Below, piece by piece: positions 44,921-57,651 of a stretch of 64,000 bases of DNA. The stretch is taken from the NCBI GenBank assembly GCA_963804955.1, contig CAWDSQ010000032.1, positions 32,001-96,000 of the forward strand. Direction: 5' to 3'. The notes beneath the pieces are model-generated. The model was not told the DNA's origin, made no database searches, and saw nothing but the letters and a program-made list of their open reading frames with translations. Origin of the DNA: an uncultured delta proteobacterium. Lineage in GTDB: Bacteria > Desulfobacterota > WTBG01 > CAIYCZ01 > CAIRTM01. The first letter of the stretch is position 1, and each line of letters starts with the position of its first letter. The translations under genes were made by a program, and so were the position numbers.

Positions 44921-45705
44921 TTGTGTATGCCCGTATTTTAGAAATATTTCTTTAACGGCTTCTTCGGCTGCAACCATTTTCTGCTCATAATAAGCAATCT
45001 GCCGGTCAAAGCTCGACAGCGGATGAGTGAGTTTATAGCCGATAAACATCTGCTCGTGCCAGTCTTTTAACCGGGCGCCGGCGGTGCGGTCATAGTGTTT
45101 CTGCATAATAACCGCCTGCCGGGGCTGCCGGGGCGGAATACCGGGCATGTTCATGCCGGCCCTGCCCAGCACCAGCGTTGTCAGCGGCAGCACACCTTCA
45201 GGAAGCCCGAGCTTGTCCCTGAGATATGCTGCTGTCAAGCAGCCCTGCCCTGCCCGTCTCCGACAGCATAATGCTTCTGATACCCAGGGCCTCTGCAGCC
45301 ATATTCATGCTCATGGCAGCAAGTCCGGCATTGAAAATTGCGAGGCTCAAATTCACAAAAGGGGTATTCCTGAATTCAGGCAAAAAAGAATTCAGGCGGA
45401 ATATATCAGCGCAAATGAGTGACTGCATAGGCTCCTTTAAACGGTATGGGCCGGTCAAAGATCTCATGCCACTGCTCTTGTGTGAAAGTTATGAATGACC
45501 AGGTCTGGAGATTTACCGTACTGGGGGCAAACCGGCCCGCCTCAAGTATGGCCTGAATCTCCTCATCGCGCAGAGGCTCATCGCTGAATGACCGGCAGCT
45601 GCGGCGGGCAAATAAAAGCCGGATCGTCTCAGGAACCTCATGCAGGAGAGCTGCAGCGGGTTTCCCGGTAAAAAGAGTCGCAAAATTCCGCAGCCAATTC
45701 AGCAT
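44900..45705 (-). CDS. Nitroreductase-family flavoprotein (NfsA-like; two frameshifts)
   Basis: 'RRSCRSF', 'APSTVNLQTW', 'AAEALGIRS', 'LGLPEGVLPLTTLVLG'. Confidence 0.85.
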
Positions 45706-45720
45706 ATGCGCGCCATGCTT

Positions 45721-46248
45721 TCATGATACAGTCACTGTGTAGATGCCCGGCAAACCCCTGAACTGTTCTTTAAAATCAAGGCCATACCCCACAACAAAGC
45801 CATCTTGAATTGAAAAGGCCGCGTAATCTATGGAGAGATTGTGGACGCGGGCTATCTGTTTTTCGATAAGGCAGCAGAGCTTTACGGATTTCGGGTTATG
45901 GCGCTGTACATGCTGCAGGAGATAGGCTGCTGTATGGCCGGTATCAATAATATCGTCGACAATAATAACATGCCTGCCCGTTATCTGGATACTGACATCT
46001 TTCTTCAGAATACAGGACCCCGATGACACCTGGGAAGATCCGTATGAGGAAACCTGCACAAAATCTATATCAGCATCAACCTTGAGATTTCTGGCAAGAT
46101 CCGACAAAAAAACAAATGCCCCTTTCAAAACTCCGATAAGAACAGGACGGCTGTTTGTATAATCAGAGGAAATCTGCTGTGAAAGGTCCCGCACACGCTG
46201 TGAAATCATTTCGCAGGAGAAAAGAGGTTCCAATGCCGGTGATTTCAT
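45721..46248 (-). CDS. hpt: Hypoxanthine phosphoribosyltransferase
   Basis: 'GVLKGAFVF', 'VIIVDDIIDTGHT', 'FVVGYGLD'. Confidence 0.96.
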   Translation of the reverse strand: MKSPALEPLFSCEMISQRVRDLSQQISSDYTNSRPVLIGVLKGAFVFLSDLARNLKVDADIDFVQVSSYGSSQVSSGSCILKKDVSIQITGRHVIIVDDIIDTGHTAAYLLQHVQRHNPKSVKLCCLIEKQIARVHNLSIDYAAFSIQDGFVVGYGLDFKEQFRGLPGIYTVTVS

Positions 46249-46571
46249 ACTTACTGCACCCTGATGCAGCTTAACCTGTTGAATTCCCATAACGCTGTCC
46301 TGTCAATTCCAATAAGCAAAGCTTTACTCAACCTGTATTTTTTCAATTATTTGAAAAATCTTCATTTTTTAAAACGCTCAGCTTTTGAGCACAATGGCTG
46401 AAAGCCTCTGTTTTCGGCCTTTCGATAAATATTTCTACAAGGTTTTCCACAGGATACTAACATTTGGTGTTGATTATGCCGGGGCATCAATATCTTGTAA
46501 GGCAGTTGCTTCAAAACGCAAAATATGGCAGTAAGAAAAACAAACAGCATCTTATGTATCAGCGCATGCTT

Positions 46572-47474
46572 CTATCGCTGAACATAGCCGAACTTTTTTA
46601 GAGCCTTGATATTTTCGCGCCAGTGTTTCTCTACCTTTACCTGCAAATCCAGGTACACTCCCCCGTACCCCATAAACTGCTGTATCTCGAGCCGGGCATC
46701 GCGGCCGATCTTCTTTATCATGCTGCCGCCACTGCCGATAAGAATGCCTTTCTGCGAGTCTTTCTCTACATAAATAATAGCACGAATGAAGGCGCCGCCT
46801 TCTTCCCTTTCCTTCATATCCTCTATGACCACAGCGGTGCTGTAGGGTATTTCTTCCTGTGTATAGTGAAAAATCTTCTCCCGAATAAACTCGGCGATAA
46901 AATCACGCTGAATTTGATCGGATATAATGTCTTCGGGATAAAAGGCAGAAGCGACAGGAAGGCAGGAAACGGTTATATCAAGCAGTCTGTCCATATTCTC
47001 ACCGTTCAGGGCGGAAACAGGAACTATCTCGGCAAACTCCATCAGCCCCCGGTAGGTGTCGATGAGAGGCAAAAGCGCATCTTTGGCAACACGGTCAATT
47101 TTGTTGATAACCAGAAAGACCCTTTTCCCGGTTTTTTTAAGTTCGCGGGCAAGCTCAACCTCTGCATGGCGCGGCTTCTGGCATTCGACAAGCATATAAA
47201 TGATATCTGCCTCAGCAAATGTCATCTTTGCCGCAGCTACCATGAAATCGCCAAGCTTGTCTTTGGGGCTGTGAATACCTGCCGTATCAAGAAAGATAAT
47301 CTGTGCCTGCTCGGTTGTCAGGATGCCTTTGACGACGCTGCGTGTTGTCTGCGGCTTGGGTGAGACTATGGCAAGTTTTGAGCCGATAAGATGATTTACC
47401 AGGGTTGATTTTCCGACATTAGGCATTCCGGCCACGGAAACAAAGCCTGCCTTGAAACTTTCATGTTGTGACAT
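46572..47474 (-). CDS. era: GTPase Era
   Basis: 'GMPNVGKST', 'KPQTTR', 'NKID', KH domain 'SQKGILIG'. Confidence 0.97.
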   Translation of the reverse strand: MSQHESFKAGFVSVAGMPNVGKSTLVNHLIGSKLAIVSPKPQTTRSVVKGILTTEQAQIIFLDTAGIHSPKDKLGDFMVAAAKMTFAEADIIYMLVECQKPRHAEVELARELKKTGKRVFLVINKIDRVAKDALLPLIDTYRGLMEFAEIVPVSALNGENMDRLLDITVSCLPVASAFYPEDIISDQIQRDFIAEFIREKIFHYTQEEIPYSTAVVIEDMKEREEGGAFIRAIIYVEKDSQKGILIGSGGSMIKKIGRDARLEIQQFMGYGGVYLDLQVKVEKHWRENIKALKKFGYVQR

Positions 47475-47504
47475 GGATTAACCAGAATAGATTTTAGTGC
47501 TGAA

Positions 47505-47630
47505 GTCAAAAAGCCCCCGCACAGGGCGGTGGCTTGATTTCGCCCTGAAAGGGCGAAAATCAAAAAATACGTATTTTTGAAGGCGCCTTCTTCAGGTTAG
47601 GCATCTCAATAGACGATGGGTACCTGAAGA
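47505..47630. repeat. Cluster of consecutive hairpins, possibly a non-autonomous IS200/IS605 derivative
   Basis: aagcccccgc..gcggtggctt; ttgatttcgccct-gaa-agggcgaaaatcaa; aaaaatacgtattttt; gaaggcgccttc; cttcaggt...acctgaag. Confidence 0.5.
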
Positions 47631-47695
47631 CAATAACCCGCCAAAATACTCCACCAGTCCTGGAAGGATCCAAAAAAATCTGATGGATCAGGCTT

Positions 47696-48385
47696 TTATT
47701 GTTTTGCCGATGCGCCCTGTCCCGATGCTGCCTGCTGCCCGGATTTTTTTTCGGAAATATCCATTCCCTCCTTTGCTTTCAGCTTATCGATAAGGGTTTG
47801 AAAAGAACCGTTGGCAAAAATCTCATTAAACTGTGTGCGGTAGTTGGCCACAAGCCCGACGCCTTCAATGGTAAGATCATAGACTACCCATCTGCCGTTT
47901 TTATTTATGAGCTTATAGTTGAGGGGCAGTTCCTTGTCATTGAGCAGAATCTTTGTCTCAACCAGGGCATAGCGCTCCTGCTCGATGGATTCGTGAAGAT
48001 AGGATATGTTTTTTACTGTAAAATCTTTCGACTCCTGCAAAAAGAGATCTATCTTTGAAATATAGGTGCGCTCAAGAAAATCGACAAAAATATCGATAAA
48101 CTGCTTCTGCTGCTCCGGGGTTATGTCGCGCCAGTGAGGGCCGAGGGTGCGCCGGGCCATTTCCTCCCAGTCAAATGTGCCTGAGGCAGTTTCATGAATC
48201 AGCCTGTTGCGCTCAGTTTTCTTCTCAGGCGCGGCATAGGCAGGATCTTTCAGCACTGTCAGGACCTTGTCCACAACCAGCTTGAGATTGTCGGTTATCT
48301 GCCCGGCTGAGGCAGACGATCCCAGATAAAAAAACACCGTCAGCGCTGCAACCGCTATGCGCATTCCCGCTCCTGCATGCTTCAT
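47696..48385 (-). CDS. mlaC: MlaC/Ttg2D phospholipid-binding protein
   Basis: 'FDWEEMARRTLG..W', 'VYDLTIEGVGLVANYRTQF'. Confidence 0.92.
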   Translation of the reverse strand: MKHAGAGMRIAVAALTVFFYLGSSASAGQITDNLKLVVDKVLTVLKDPAYAAPEKKTERNRLIHETASGTFDWEEMARRTLGPHWRDITPEQQKQFIDIFVDFLERTYISKIDLFLQESKDFTVKNISYLHESIEQERYALVETKILLNDKELPLNYKLINKNGRWVVYDLTIEGVGLVANYRTQFNEIFANGSFQTLIDKLKAKEGMDISEKKSGQQAASGQGASAKQ

Positions 48386-48408
48386 GATATCTTTCCTCCA
48401 GCTGTGTC

Positions 48409-48849
48409 TTACACTTTTCCAAAAACAAACTTGGAAATAAGCTCTTCAATATCAACGGGCGGCTGTGTTTCACGAATCCTATCCCCGGTTTTCAGTATGA
48501 CATCGGAGCCTCCCGGAACGATATCAATATACTTCTCGCCCAACAGCCCCTTTGTTTTGATGCGGGCTATGGCATCTTCCTGCAGCTGCACAGTCCCGGT
48601 AACCGACAGCACGACTTTAGCCTTATAATTATCAAGGGCTATCTGCTTCACCCTGCCGATTTGAACTCCTGCTATTTCCACAAGAGCGCCGTTTTTAAGC
48701 CCGCTTATTGTGGGAAAGACCGCGGAGACCTCATACCCGTTAGATCCCATCACTTCCATCTTTGCATACCTGATTGACATATAGCCAAGACAGGCGATGC
48801 CGGCCAGTATAAAAAGGCCCACAACAAGTTCAAGAGTTCCTCTGCGCAT
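48409..48849 (-). CDS. mlaD: MCE-domain protein MlaD
   Basis: 'GLKNGALVEIAGVQIGRV', 'TKGLLGEKYI'. Confidence 0.95.
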   Translation of the reverse strand: MRRGTLELVVGLFILAGIACLGYMSIRYAKMEVMGSNGYEVSAVFPTISGLKNGALVEIAGVQIGRVKQIALDNYKAKVVLSVTGTVQLQEDAIARIKTKGLLGEKYIDIVPGGSDVILKTGDRIRETQPPVDIEELISKFVFGKV

Positions 48850-48861
48850 ACCTGTTCTCCT

Positions 48862-49608
48862 TTATACGTAGTGAAGCGGTCCCTCAATGCTTCCTGATAA
48901 AAACTGCTGAAATGCGGGATTGCCCTGGCCGACTATTTCATCATAGGTTCCGTTAATGATGATACGGCCTTCATCCATCATGGCGATCTTCTGCACGATG
49001 CTGAACACGCGCGGAACATCATGAGTGACGATGATGCCGGTGAATCCCAGCCGGCGGTGGCACAGCTGAATGTAGTTGAGAATGCTCTGGCCGATAATGG
49101 GATCAAGCCCTGTGGTCGGCTCGTCGAACAGCATAATGGACGGCTGCATGATCATGGCGCGCGCCAGGGATGTGCGCTTGCGCATGCCGCCGCTGAGCTC
49201 AGCCGGATACTTGTGAGCATCATTCTTCAATCCCATATGCTCAAGCTCGGGAAAAACGCGGTCCCTGATTTCCGCCTCCTTCATAGCCGTCTTCTCCCGC
49301 AAGGGAAAGGCCACATTCTCAAAGACCGTCATAGAGTCGAACAAAGCGCCTTCCTGAAACAAATATCCGAATTTTTGCCGTATGGCTACCAGTTGCCTGC
49401 CGCGAAGGCTGCATATATTCTGATCATCGACAAAAATTTCGCCTTTATCGGGCTGCATAAGGCCGATGATATGCTTGAGCAGCACGCTTTTGCCAAGGCC
49501 GCTGCGGCCGATAAGAGCAAACATCTCGCCTTCGCGTATCTCAAGGTTCAGGCCTTTGAGAACCTGGTTGCCATTAAAGCTTTTGTATGCGTCACGAACG
49601 GTGATCAT
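48862..49608 (-). CDS. mlaF: Mla ABC ATPase
   Basis: GRSGLGKS, 'FQEGALFDSM', 'LSGGMRKR'. Confidence 0.95.
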   Translation of the reverse strand: MITVRDAYKSFNGNQVLKGLNLEIREGEMFALIGRSGLGKSVLLKHIIGLMQPDKGEIFVDDQNICSLRGRQLVAIRQKFGYLFQEGALFDSMTVFENVAFPLREKTAMKEAEIRDRVFPELEHMGLKNDAHKYPAELSGGMRKRTSLARAMIMQPSIMLFDEPTTGLDPIIGQSILNYIQLCHRRLGFTGIIVTHDVPRVFSIVQKIAMMDEGRIIINGTYDEIVGQGNPAFQQFLSGSIEGPLHYV

Positions 49609-49611
49609 TGT

Positions 49612-50385
49612 TTAAAGCGAAATTGACGTTATAAAATAATCCCATACAAGAATCAGCACGGAAGATATGACCACGGACTCTGTTGTGGCCTTGCCAACGC
49701 CCTTGGCTCCGAATTCAGTAAAATAGCCCTTGTAGCAGCAGACCCACGAGACAATCAGGCCAAAGCTCAAAGACTTAGTTATCCCCATGGTGATATCCTT
49801 CATGTCGACAAAATTGCTCATTTCTCCGAAATAGGTGCCCTCGCTCACCCCAAGCAGCTTCACGCCGACAAGGTAGCCGCCCCAGATGCCGATCATGCTG
49901 AAAAATGCCCCCAGCAGGGGAAATGAAATAACCGCTGCAACCATATTGGGAACAACAAGATACCGGTAGGGATTAACCGCCATTATTTCCAGGGCATCGA
50001 TCTGCTCGGTGATGCGCATAATGCCGATTTCCGAGGCGAGCGCTGATCCTGCGCGGCCGGTTATCATGAGAGCCGATATCACCGGCCCGAGTTCGCGAAG
50101 AAGGGAAAGGGCAACTGTGGGCCCGAGCAGTGCTTCTCCGCCGAACTTGCTCAGGGCATAAAAAACCTGCAGCGCAAAGACCATGCCGGTAAAAGCGCCG
50201 GTCAGCAGCACAATGACCGTTGACTTGACGCCGATGAAGGTAATCTGCTCGAGCACCCGCTTGAATTTAAGCGGCGAGCCGAAAAGCCAGAAAAGCGCTG
50301 TCAGCAGAAACATGCCATAGGAGCCGAGCATTTCCAGCACACCCAGCACACCACGGCCTAATCCTCTGATACAGGAAATAAACAC
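49612..50385 (-). CDS. mlaE: Mla ABC permease
   Basis: 'RELGPV', 'GRAGS', 'MRITEQIDALE', 'GVGKATT'. Confidence 0.95.
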   Translation of the reverse strand: MFISCIRGLGRGVLGVLEMLGSYGMFLLTALFWLFGSPLKFKRVLEQITFIGVKSTVIVLLTGAFTGMVFALQVFYALSKFGGEALLGPTVALSLLRELGPVISALMITGRAGSALASEIGIMRITEQIDALEIMAVNPYRYLVVPNMVAAVISFPLLGAFFSMIGIWGGYLVGVKLLGVSEGTYFGEMSNFVDMKDITMGITKSLSFGLIVSWVCCYKGYFTEFGAKGVGKATTESVVISSVLILVWDYFITSISL

Positions 50386-50590
50386 AGTTCTCCTTAAAAA
50401 AATCAGTCAAACAATTATATAGAGATTAGCCTTTCAGTACAAGCAAAAACACTGCATACTGTTTGAACGTGTACGCCCGACGGCGCTTGAATGAAAGTGG
50501 TTTCATACAAACACTTTACGCAGCAAATGGTGAACCGGAGAGTTTGAAAACTTGACACAGCAGCTTATTTTGTGTAGTTGTTTTTATTAA

Positions 50591-52091
<1,501 letters not shown>

Positions 52092-52099
52092 AGCCCTCA

Positions 52100-53653
52100 A
52101 TGCAGCTTGAACAGCAAAAGATTATCATTCTTGATTTCGGCTCTCAATACACCCAGCTCATAGCCCGCCGCGTCCGGGAAGCAAAGGTGTATTCCGAGAT
52201 ACATCCGTTTAACATCACGCTGGAAAAGCTCAAAGCGCTGAAACCAACCGGCATCATCCTTTCGGGCGGACCGTCAAGCGTCTATGATCAGGGTGCGCCC
52301 ATTATTGCTGCTGAAACATTTGACCTTGGCGTGCCGGTGCTGGGCATCTGCTACGGCATGCAGCTGACATCGCATCTGCTGGGCGGCAAGGTTGCATCCC
52401 TGCAGCAAGCGTGAATACGGCAAAGCAGAGCTCACCATCGACTCAAATGATGATCTTTTTAAAGACTTTGACACCGGGCAGCACACTCCAGGTCTGGATG
52501 AGCCACGGCGACCGCCTTGAAATTGTACCTCCCGGGTTTGAGTCCATCGGCCACAGCGGCAATTCCCCGTCTTGCAGCCATGCGCAACAAAGCGCGCCGC
52601 ATCTACGGCGTGCAGTTTCATCCGGAGGTTGTCCATACGCCCCAGGGACGCCGGATTCTGGAAAATTTCATTTTCACCATCTGCAGCTGCGAGCCTGTCT
52701 GGACCATGAAATCATTCATCCAGCAGTCCATCGAAAGCATCAGGGCAAAAGTAGGCGATAAAAAAGTCATTTGCGGCTGCAGCGGCGGCGTTGATTCAAC
52801 CGTGGCAGCCGTGCTGATAGATAAGGCAATAGGCCGCCAGCTGACGAGCATATTTGTCGATAACGGCGTTCTGAGAAAAAACGAATTTGAAACCGTTTCG
52901 CGCCTGCTGCGGGAGACATTCTCTATAAACCTTGTGGCAGTTGATGCCTCAAAGCGATTTTTGGACAAGCTTGCCGGCATTGACGACCCTGAGCAGAAGC
53001 GAAAAATAATCGGAAATGAGTTCATTTCCGTATTTGACGAAGAAGCGCGAAAAATCGGAAAAATTGATTTTCTTGCACAGGGAACCCTGTACCCGGATGT
53101 TATCGAAAGCGTCTCTTTTAAAGGGCCTTCGGCAACCATAAAGAGCCATCATAATGTCGGCGGCCTGCCTGAAAAAATGCATCTCAAACTTCTTGAACCC
53201 TTCCGGGAGCTCTTCAAGGACGAAGTCAGGGAAATAGGCAAAGAGCTTGGCATTCCTGATGATTTAGTACAGCGGCAGCCTTTTCCCGGGCCGGGCCTTG
53301 CCATACGCCTTATCGGGCCGGTGACTGAGCCGGATCTCAAGCTTCTGCGGGAGGCGGATGCCATAATTATTGAAGAATTTAAAAATGCCGACCTGTACCA
53401 CAGTGTGTGGCAATCCTTTGCCGTTCTGCTGCCCATCAAAACCGTTGGCGTCATGGGCGATGAGCGCACCTATGAAAAAGTCATCGTGCTGCGGGTTGTT
53501 GAAAGCGTCGATGGCATGACCGCCGACTGGGTAAAAGTTCCCTATGACCTTCTCGGCCGAATTTCAAACCGCATTATCAACGAGGTAAAAGGCGTCAACC
53601 GCGTTACCTACGATATCTCATCAAAGCCGCCAAGCACGATTGAGTGGGAATAA
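52100..53653 (+). CDS. guaA: GMP synthase (two frameshifts)
   Basis: '[13 protein letters not shown]', 'GICYGMQ', 'QFHPEV', 'SGGVDS', 'KPPSTIEWE'. Confidence 0.97.
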
Positions 53654-53724
53654 CCAGGCGCCCATTCTTTCGGTACCGTGTTCTGCAGCAAACAGCTGAA
53701 AAAAATTCGTTAAGCACTCTAATA

Positions 53725-53763
53725 GAAAAGGCGGCAGGCAAGAAGCCTGACCGCCTTTTCTTA
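53725..53763. terminator. Bidirectional terminator between guaA and trpA
   Basis: gaaaaggcgg.cagg...cctg.ccgccttttc. Confidence 0.75.
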
Positions 53764-53817
53764 TAATTCCGCACGAAAAATCACCAGCCATAAGCATACA
53801 CTTCCAGGCCTGTCTGC

Positions 53818-54615
53818 TTAAAGGCAGGTTGCCTCTTTCAGCTGCCGAACAAAATCACCGACTTTGGCAAGCAGATCGGGCTTTCCGGCATGAGCCTCTA
53901 CCTCTTTGATAATTGCGCTGCCGACAATAATCGCATCGGCAAAACGTGCAATTTCCCGAACATGCTCCGGCCTTGAAACGCCAAAGCCAATGCCCACGGG
54001 CAGATCGGTAAACTTTCTGATTTTATCAACTGAGGCTTCCATCATGTCGGCAAGGCTTTCACGGGCGCCGGTAACACCTGTTATTGAAACATAATACACA
54101 AAACCGGACGACACATCGGTGACCTTGCGTATGCGCTCATCAGTGCTTGTAGGAGCAAGCAGAAAAATCATGTCCAGGTGCTGCGCGTCAGCAGCCTTTT
54201 TAAGCTCTGCAGCCTCCTCAGGCGGCAGATCAACAACCAGAAAGCCGTCAACGCCGGCATCGCGGGCATCACGTGCCAGGCGTTCAAGCCCGTACTGCAG
54301 CAGCGGATTATAGTATCCGAACAGAATCAGCGGCGCCTGTGAATACGTGCGGAATTTCTTTACAAGCCCGAGAATAGCTTCCATGGAAAACGGATGCTCA
54401 AGAGACCGCTGCGCTGCGGCTTGAATAGTTGGGCCGTCTGCCATGGGATCGGAAAACGGCACGCCGAGCTCTATCATGTCGGTACCGCTTTCAACCAGGC
54501 ATTTCAGAAGCTGCCCGGTTGTTGCCATATCCGGATCGCCCGCTGTAATATAGGCAATAAGGGCTTTTTCTTTTTTCTTCCGCAGTTCATTAAACATGTT
54601 TGCTATTCGTGACAT
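53818..54615 (-). CDS. trpA: Tryptophan synthase alpha chain
   Basis: 'ELGVPFSDPMADGPTIQ', 'VDLPPEE', 'GVTGAR'. Confidence 0.97.
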   Translation of the reverse strand: MSRIANMFNELRKKKEKALIAYITAGDPDMATTGQLLKCLVESGTDMIELGVPFSDPMADGPTIQAAAQRSLEHPFSMEAILGLVKKFRTYSQAPLILFGYYNPLLQYGLERLARDARDAGVDGFLVVDLPPEEAAELKKAADAQHLDMIFLLAPTSTDERIRKVTDVSSGFVYYVSITGVTGARESLADMMEASVDKIRKFTDLPVGIGFGVSRPEHVREIARFADAIIVGSAIIKEVEAHAGKPDLLAKVGDFVRQLKEATCL

Positions 54616-54630
54616 AGTGTCCCTTTCTGG

Positions 54631-55821
54631 TCAGACGGCAGGATCCATCTTCTCTGCTACAATATGAATATCCTTATCGCCCCTGCCCGAAAGATTAATG
54701 ATGACAATTGAATCCTTTTTCAAAGTCGCAGCCAGCCTTCATCACATAGGCCACAGCATGCGAGCTCTCCAGCGCCGGGATAATTCCTTCGGTGCGGCAC
54801 AGCTCGTGAAAAGCTGCAAGGGCCTCATCATCTGTCACCGACACATACTGAGCGCGGCCCGAATCTTTCAGCCAGCTGTGCTCAGGGCCCACACCCGGAT
54901 AATCAAGCCCGGGGGCTATGGAATGGGCTGTGGATATCTGGCCCTGGTCGTCCTGCAAAAGATAACTCTTGGCGCCATGAAGAACGCCCTGCCTGCCGGC
55001 ACACAGCGATGCGGAATGAGGCCCGTTGCCGATGCCGTGGCCTGCGGCTTCAACGCCAACCATGGCAACATCATTGTCTTCGATGAAGGGATAGAAAAGG
55101 CCCATGGCATTGCTGCCGCCGCCGACACAGGCGGTCACAAGATCAGGAAGCCTGCCCTCTTTTTCAAGTATCTGAGCTTTTGCTTCATCGCCGATGACAC
55201 GCTGAAAATCACGAACAATCAGCGGGTACGGATGAGGGCCCGGCAACCGAGCCGATTATGTAAAAGGTGTTGCGCACATAGGTTATCCAGTCGCGCATGG
55301 CTTCATTCATGGCATCTTTGAGCGTCCGGCTGCCCGATGTTACGGGTATGACGCGCGCGCCCAGCAGCTTCATGCGAAAAACATTGGGCTCCTGGCGCTT
55401 TACATCTTCTGCAGCCCATAAAAACATCGCACTCAAGGCCAAAGCGCGCCGCAACTGTGGCCGTTGCAACGCCATGCTGCCCGGCGCCTGTCTCAGCGAT
55501 AATGCGGGTCTTGCCCATGCGCCGGGCCAGCAGTATCTGGCCGACCGTATTATTGATTTTATGGGCGCCCGTGTGGTTCAAATCTTCCCGCTTGAGATAC
55601 ACTTTAAGCCCGAGCTTTTCAGACAGGCGCTGGGCAAAATACAGCGGATTCGGGCGGCCGACAAACTCTCGCAGAAAATAGGCCAGCTCAGCCTTGAATT
55701 CAGGATCGTCGCGATACGTGTTGTAGGCCTGCTCCAGCTCGATGAGGGCCGGCATCAGTGTTTCGGATACATACCGGCCGCCATAGGGCCCGTAATGACC
55801 TGTTGCATCAGGATACTTCAT
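54631..55821 (-). CDS. trpB: Tryptophan synthase beta chain (frameshifted)
   Basis: '[15 protein letters not shown]', 'ETGAGQHG', 'GGGSNA', '[11 protein letters not shown]', 'NLSGRGDKD'. Confidence 0.96.
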
Positions 55822-55851
55822 GTGCGCTCCAATAAAAAATTACAACTTCTA

Positions 55852-56626
55852 TTAATTCTGCAAGTTTTGCCCCGGGGCTTTCCTGCCGCATGAGCGATTC
55901 GCCGATGAGAAAAGCATCGACTCCTGAGCTGCTGAGCATCAGAATATCAGCCCGCGAGGCAATGCCGCTTTCACTCACAACTATTCTATCGTCAGGAATA
56001 TCCTGTATAAGTTCAACCGTAGTCGCAATATCGGTTTTGAAAGTTTAGAGATTCCTATTGTTTATCCCGATAATGCGCGCACCGGTTGCAAGCACCATGT
56101 CAAGCTCTTCCCGGCTGTGCACCTCGACAAGAGCATCCATGCCGAGGTCTCGCGTCAGGCGACAGCAGCTCACAGAGCTTGTCCTTCTCAAGAATCGCCG
56201 CAATCAGCAGCAGGGCATCTGCGCCCAGCGCCCGTGCTTCATAAATCTGGTACACATCAAAAAGAAAATCTTTACGTAAAACCGGTATGCTCACCTGCTT
56301 TTTTATTGCCGGCAGGTATTCAGGGCTGCCCTGAAAAAAACGCTGTCTCGGTCAGCACCGATATGGCTGCTGCGCCATGTGCTTCATAGTCGAGCGCTAT
56401 AGCAACCGGATCAAAATGCTCACGAATGACGCCTTTTGACGGTGATGCTTTTTTTACCTCGGCAATGATGGCAGCCTGCCCGCCTCTGTCGCGCGTGAGC
56501 GCCTCAGCAAAACCGCGTGGCACAGGCTGATGCTTGTATGAGCTCTTTGAGCACTGATAGGGGCCGCGCGCATATGGAGGCAAAGACCTCTTCCTTCTTA
56601 TGGGCGACTATGGTGTCAAGTATCAT
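55852..56626 (-). CDS. trpC: Indole-3-glycerol-phosphate synthase (frameshifted)
   Basis: '[13 protein letters not shown]', 'ISVLTE', 'PVLRKDF', 'GINNR', 'VSESGI'. Confidence 0.93.
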
Positions 56627-56629
56627 ATA

Positions 56630-57651
56630 TCAATCAAGTGACCGTGATAATTCTTTAAGATCGGCAAGCTTGCGCATGGCCCGTCCGCTGTCGATGACGT
56701 CTGCCGCAATGACTGCGCCTTCGCGCATAGTAGCGGCGCGGCCGCCTGCCATAAGCGCAGCGCCTGCATTTAAAAGCACCAGATCGCGGCATGGACCGGG
56801 CTTGCCTTTAAATATATCGACAATAATGGCTGCATTTTCCTGCGCATCTCCTCCCCGGACAGCATCTAGAGGAGCACGGGCAAGCCCGGCATCCTCAGGC
56901 CGCAGCACGGTAGGAAACCGTGCCTGCCGGGCTCAGATCATATACCTGGGTTTCAGCAGACAGCGACAGTTCATCAAGTCCGTCCATGCCATGCACAATG
57001 AGCGCGCGCTTCCTGCCCAGCCGTTCAAGAACGCCGGCAAAAACAGCAGCAAGCTTGCAGGTCATATACGCCGATGAGCTGTATGTCGGCATCAGCCGGA
57101 TTGGTGAGCGGACCGAGCATATTGAATATGGTCCGGATGCCGATCTCGCGGCGCACCGGAGTAGCATATTTCATGGCAAGATGAAACTTCGGGGCAAAAA
57201 GAAAACCCATGCCGATTTCATCGATACAGCGGCCGACGCTCTCGGGCGTGAGGTCAATGGTGACGCCGAGCTTTTCCATGACATCCGCGCTGCCCGACCT
57301 GCTTGAAACCGAACGGTTTCCGTGTTTGGCCACTGTCAGGCCTGCGCCGCAGGCCACAAATGCTGCAGCAGTTGATATGTTAAATGTATTGGCTCCATCA
57401 CCGCCCGTGCCGACAATATCAACCAGTCCGGCCCTGTTTTTAACAGGCACACTGAGCGCCTTGCGCCGCATGACCCGTGCGGCTGCGGTAATTTCCTCAG
57501 CAGTTTCGCCTTTCAGGCGCAAAGCCGTGAGAAAGCAGGCAATCTGGGCATCGGTGCATGCCCCTTCCATTATTTCATTCATGGCTGCCGTCATCTCATC
57601 CTCAGTCAGAGGCAGATGATCGACCACCTTTTTAATAGCGTCGATTATCAT
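56630..57651 (-). CDS. trpD: Anthranilate phosphoribosyltransferase (frameshifted)
   Basis: '[15 protein letters not shown]', 'KHGNRSVSS', '[13 protein letters not shown]', 'DGLDE'. Confidence 0.95.

Noticed and set aside
47505..47690. HEARO/omega-RNA with IscB or TnpB
   Set aside because: The 5' hairpin is reminiscent, but no nuclease or transposase ORF is adjacent; kept only as a possible IS remnant.
50552..50580. guaB promoter TTGACA-17-TAGTTG or a purine riboswitch
   Set aside because: The -10 box is poor and no riboswitch consensus is visible.
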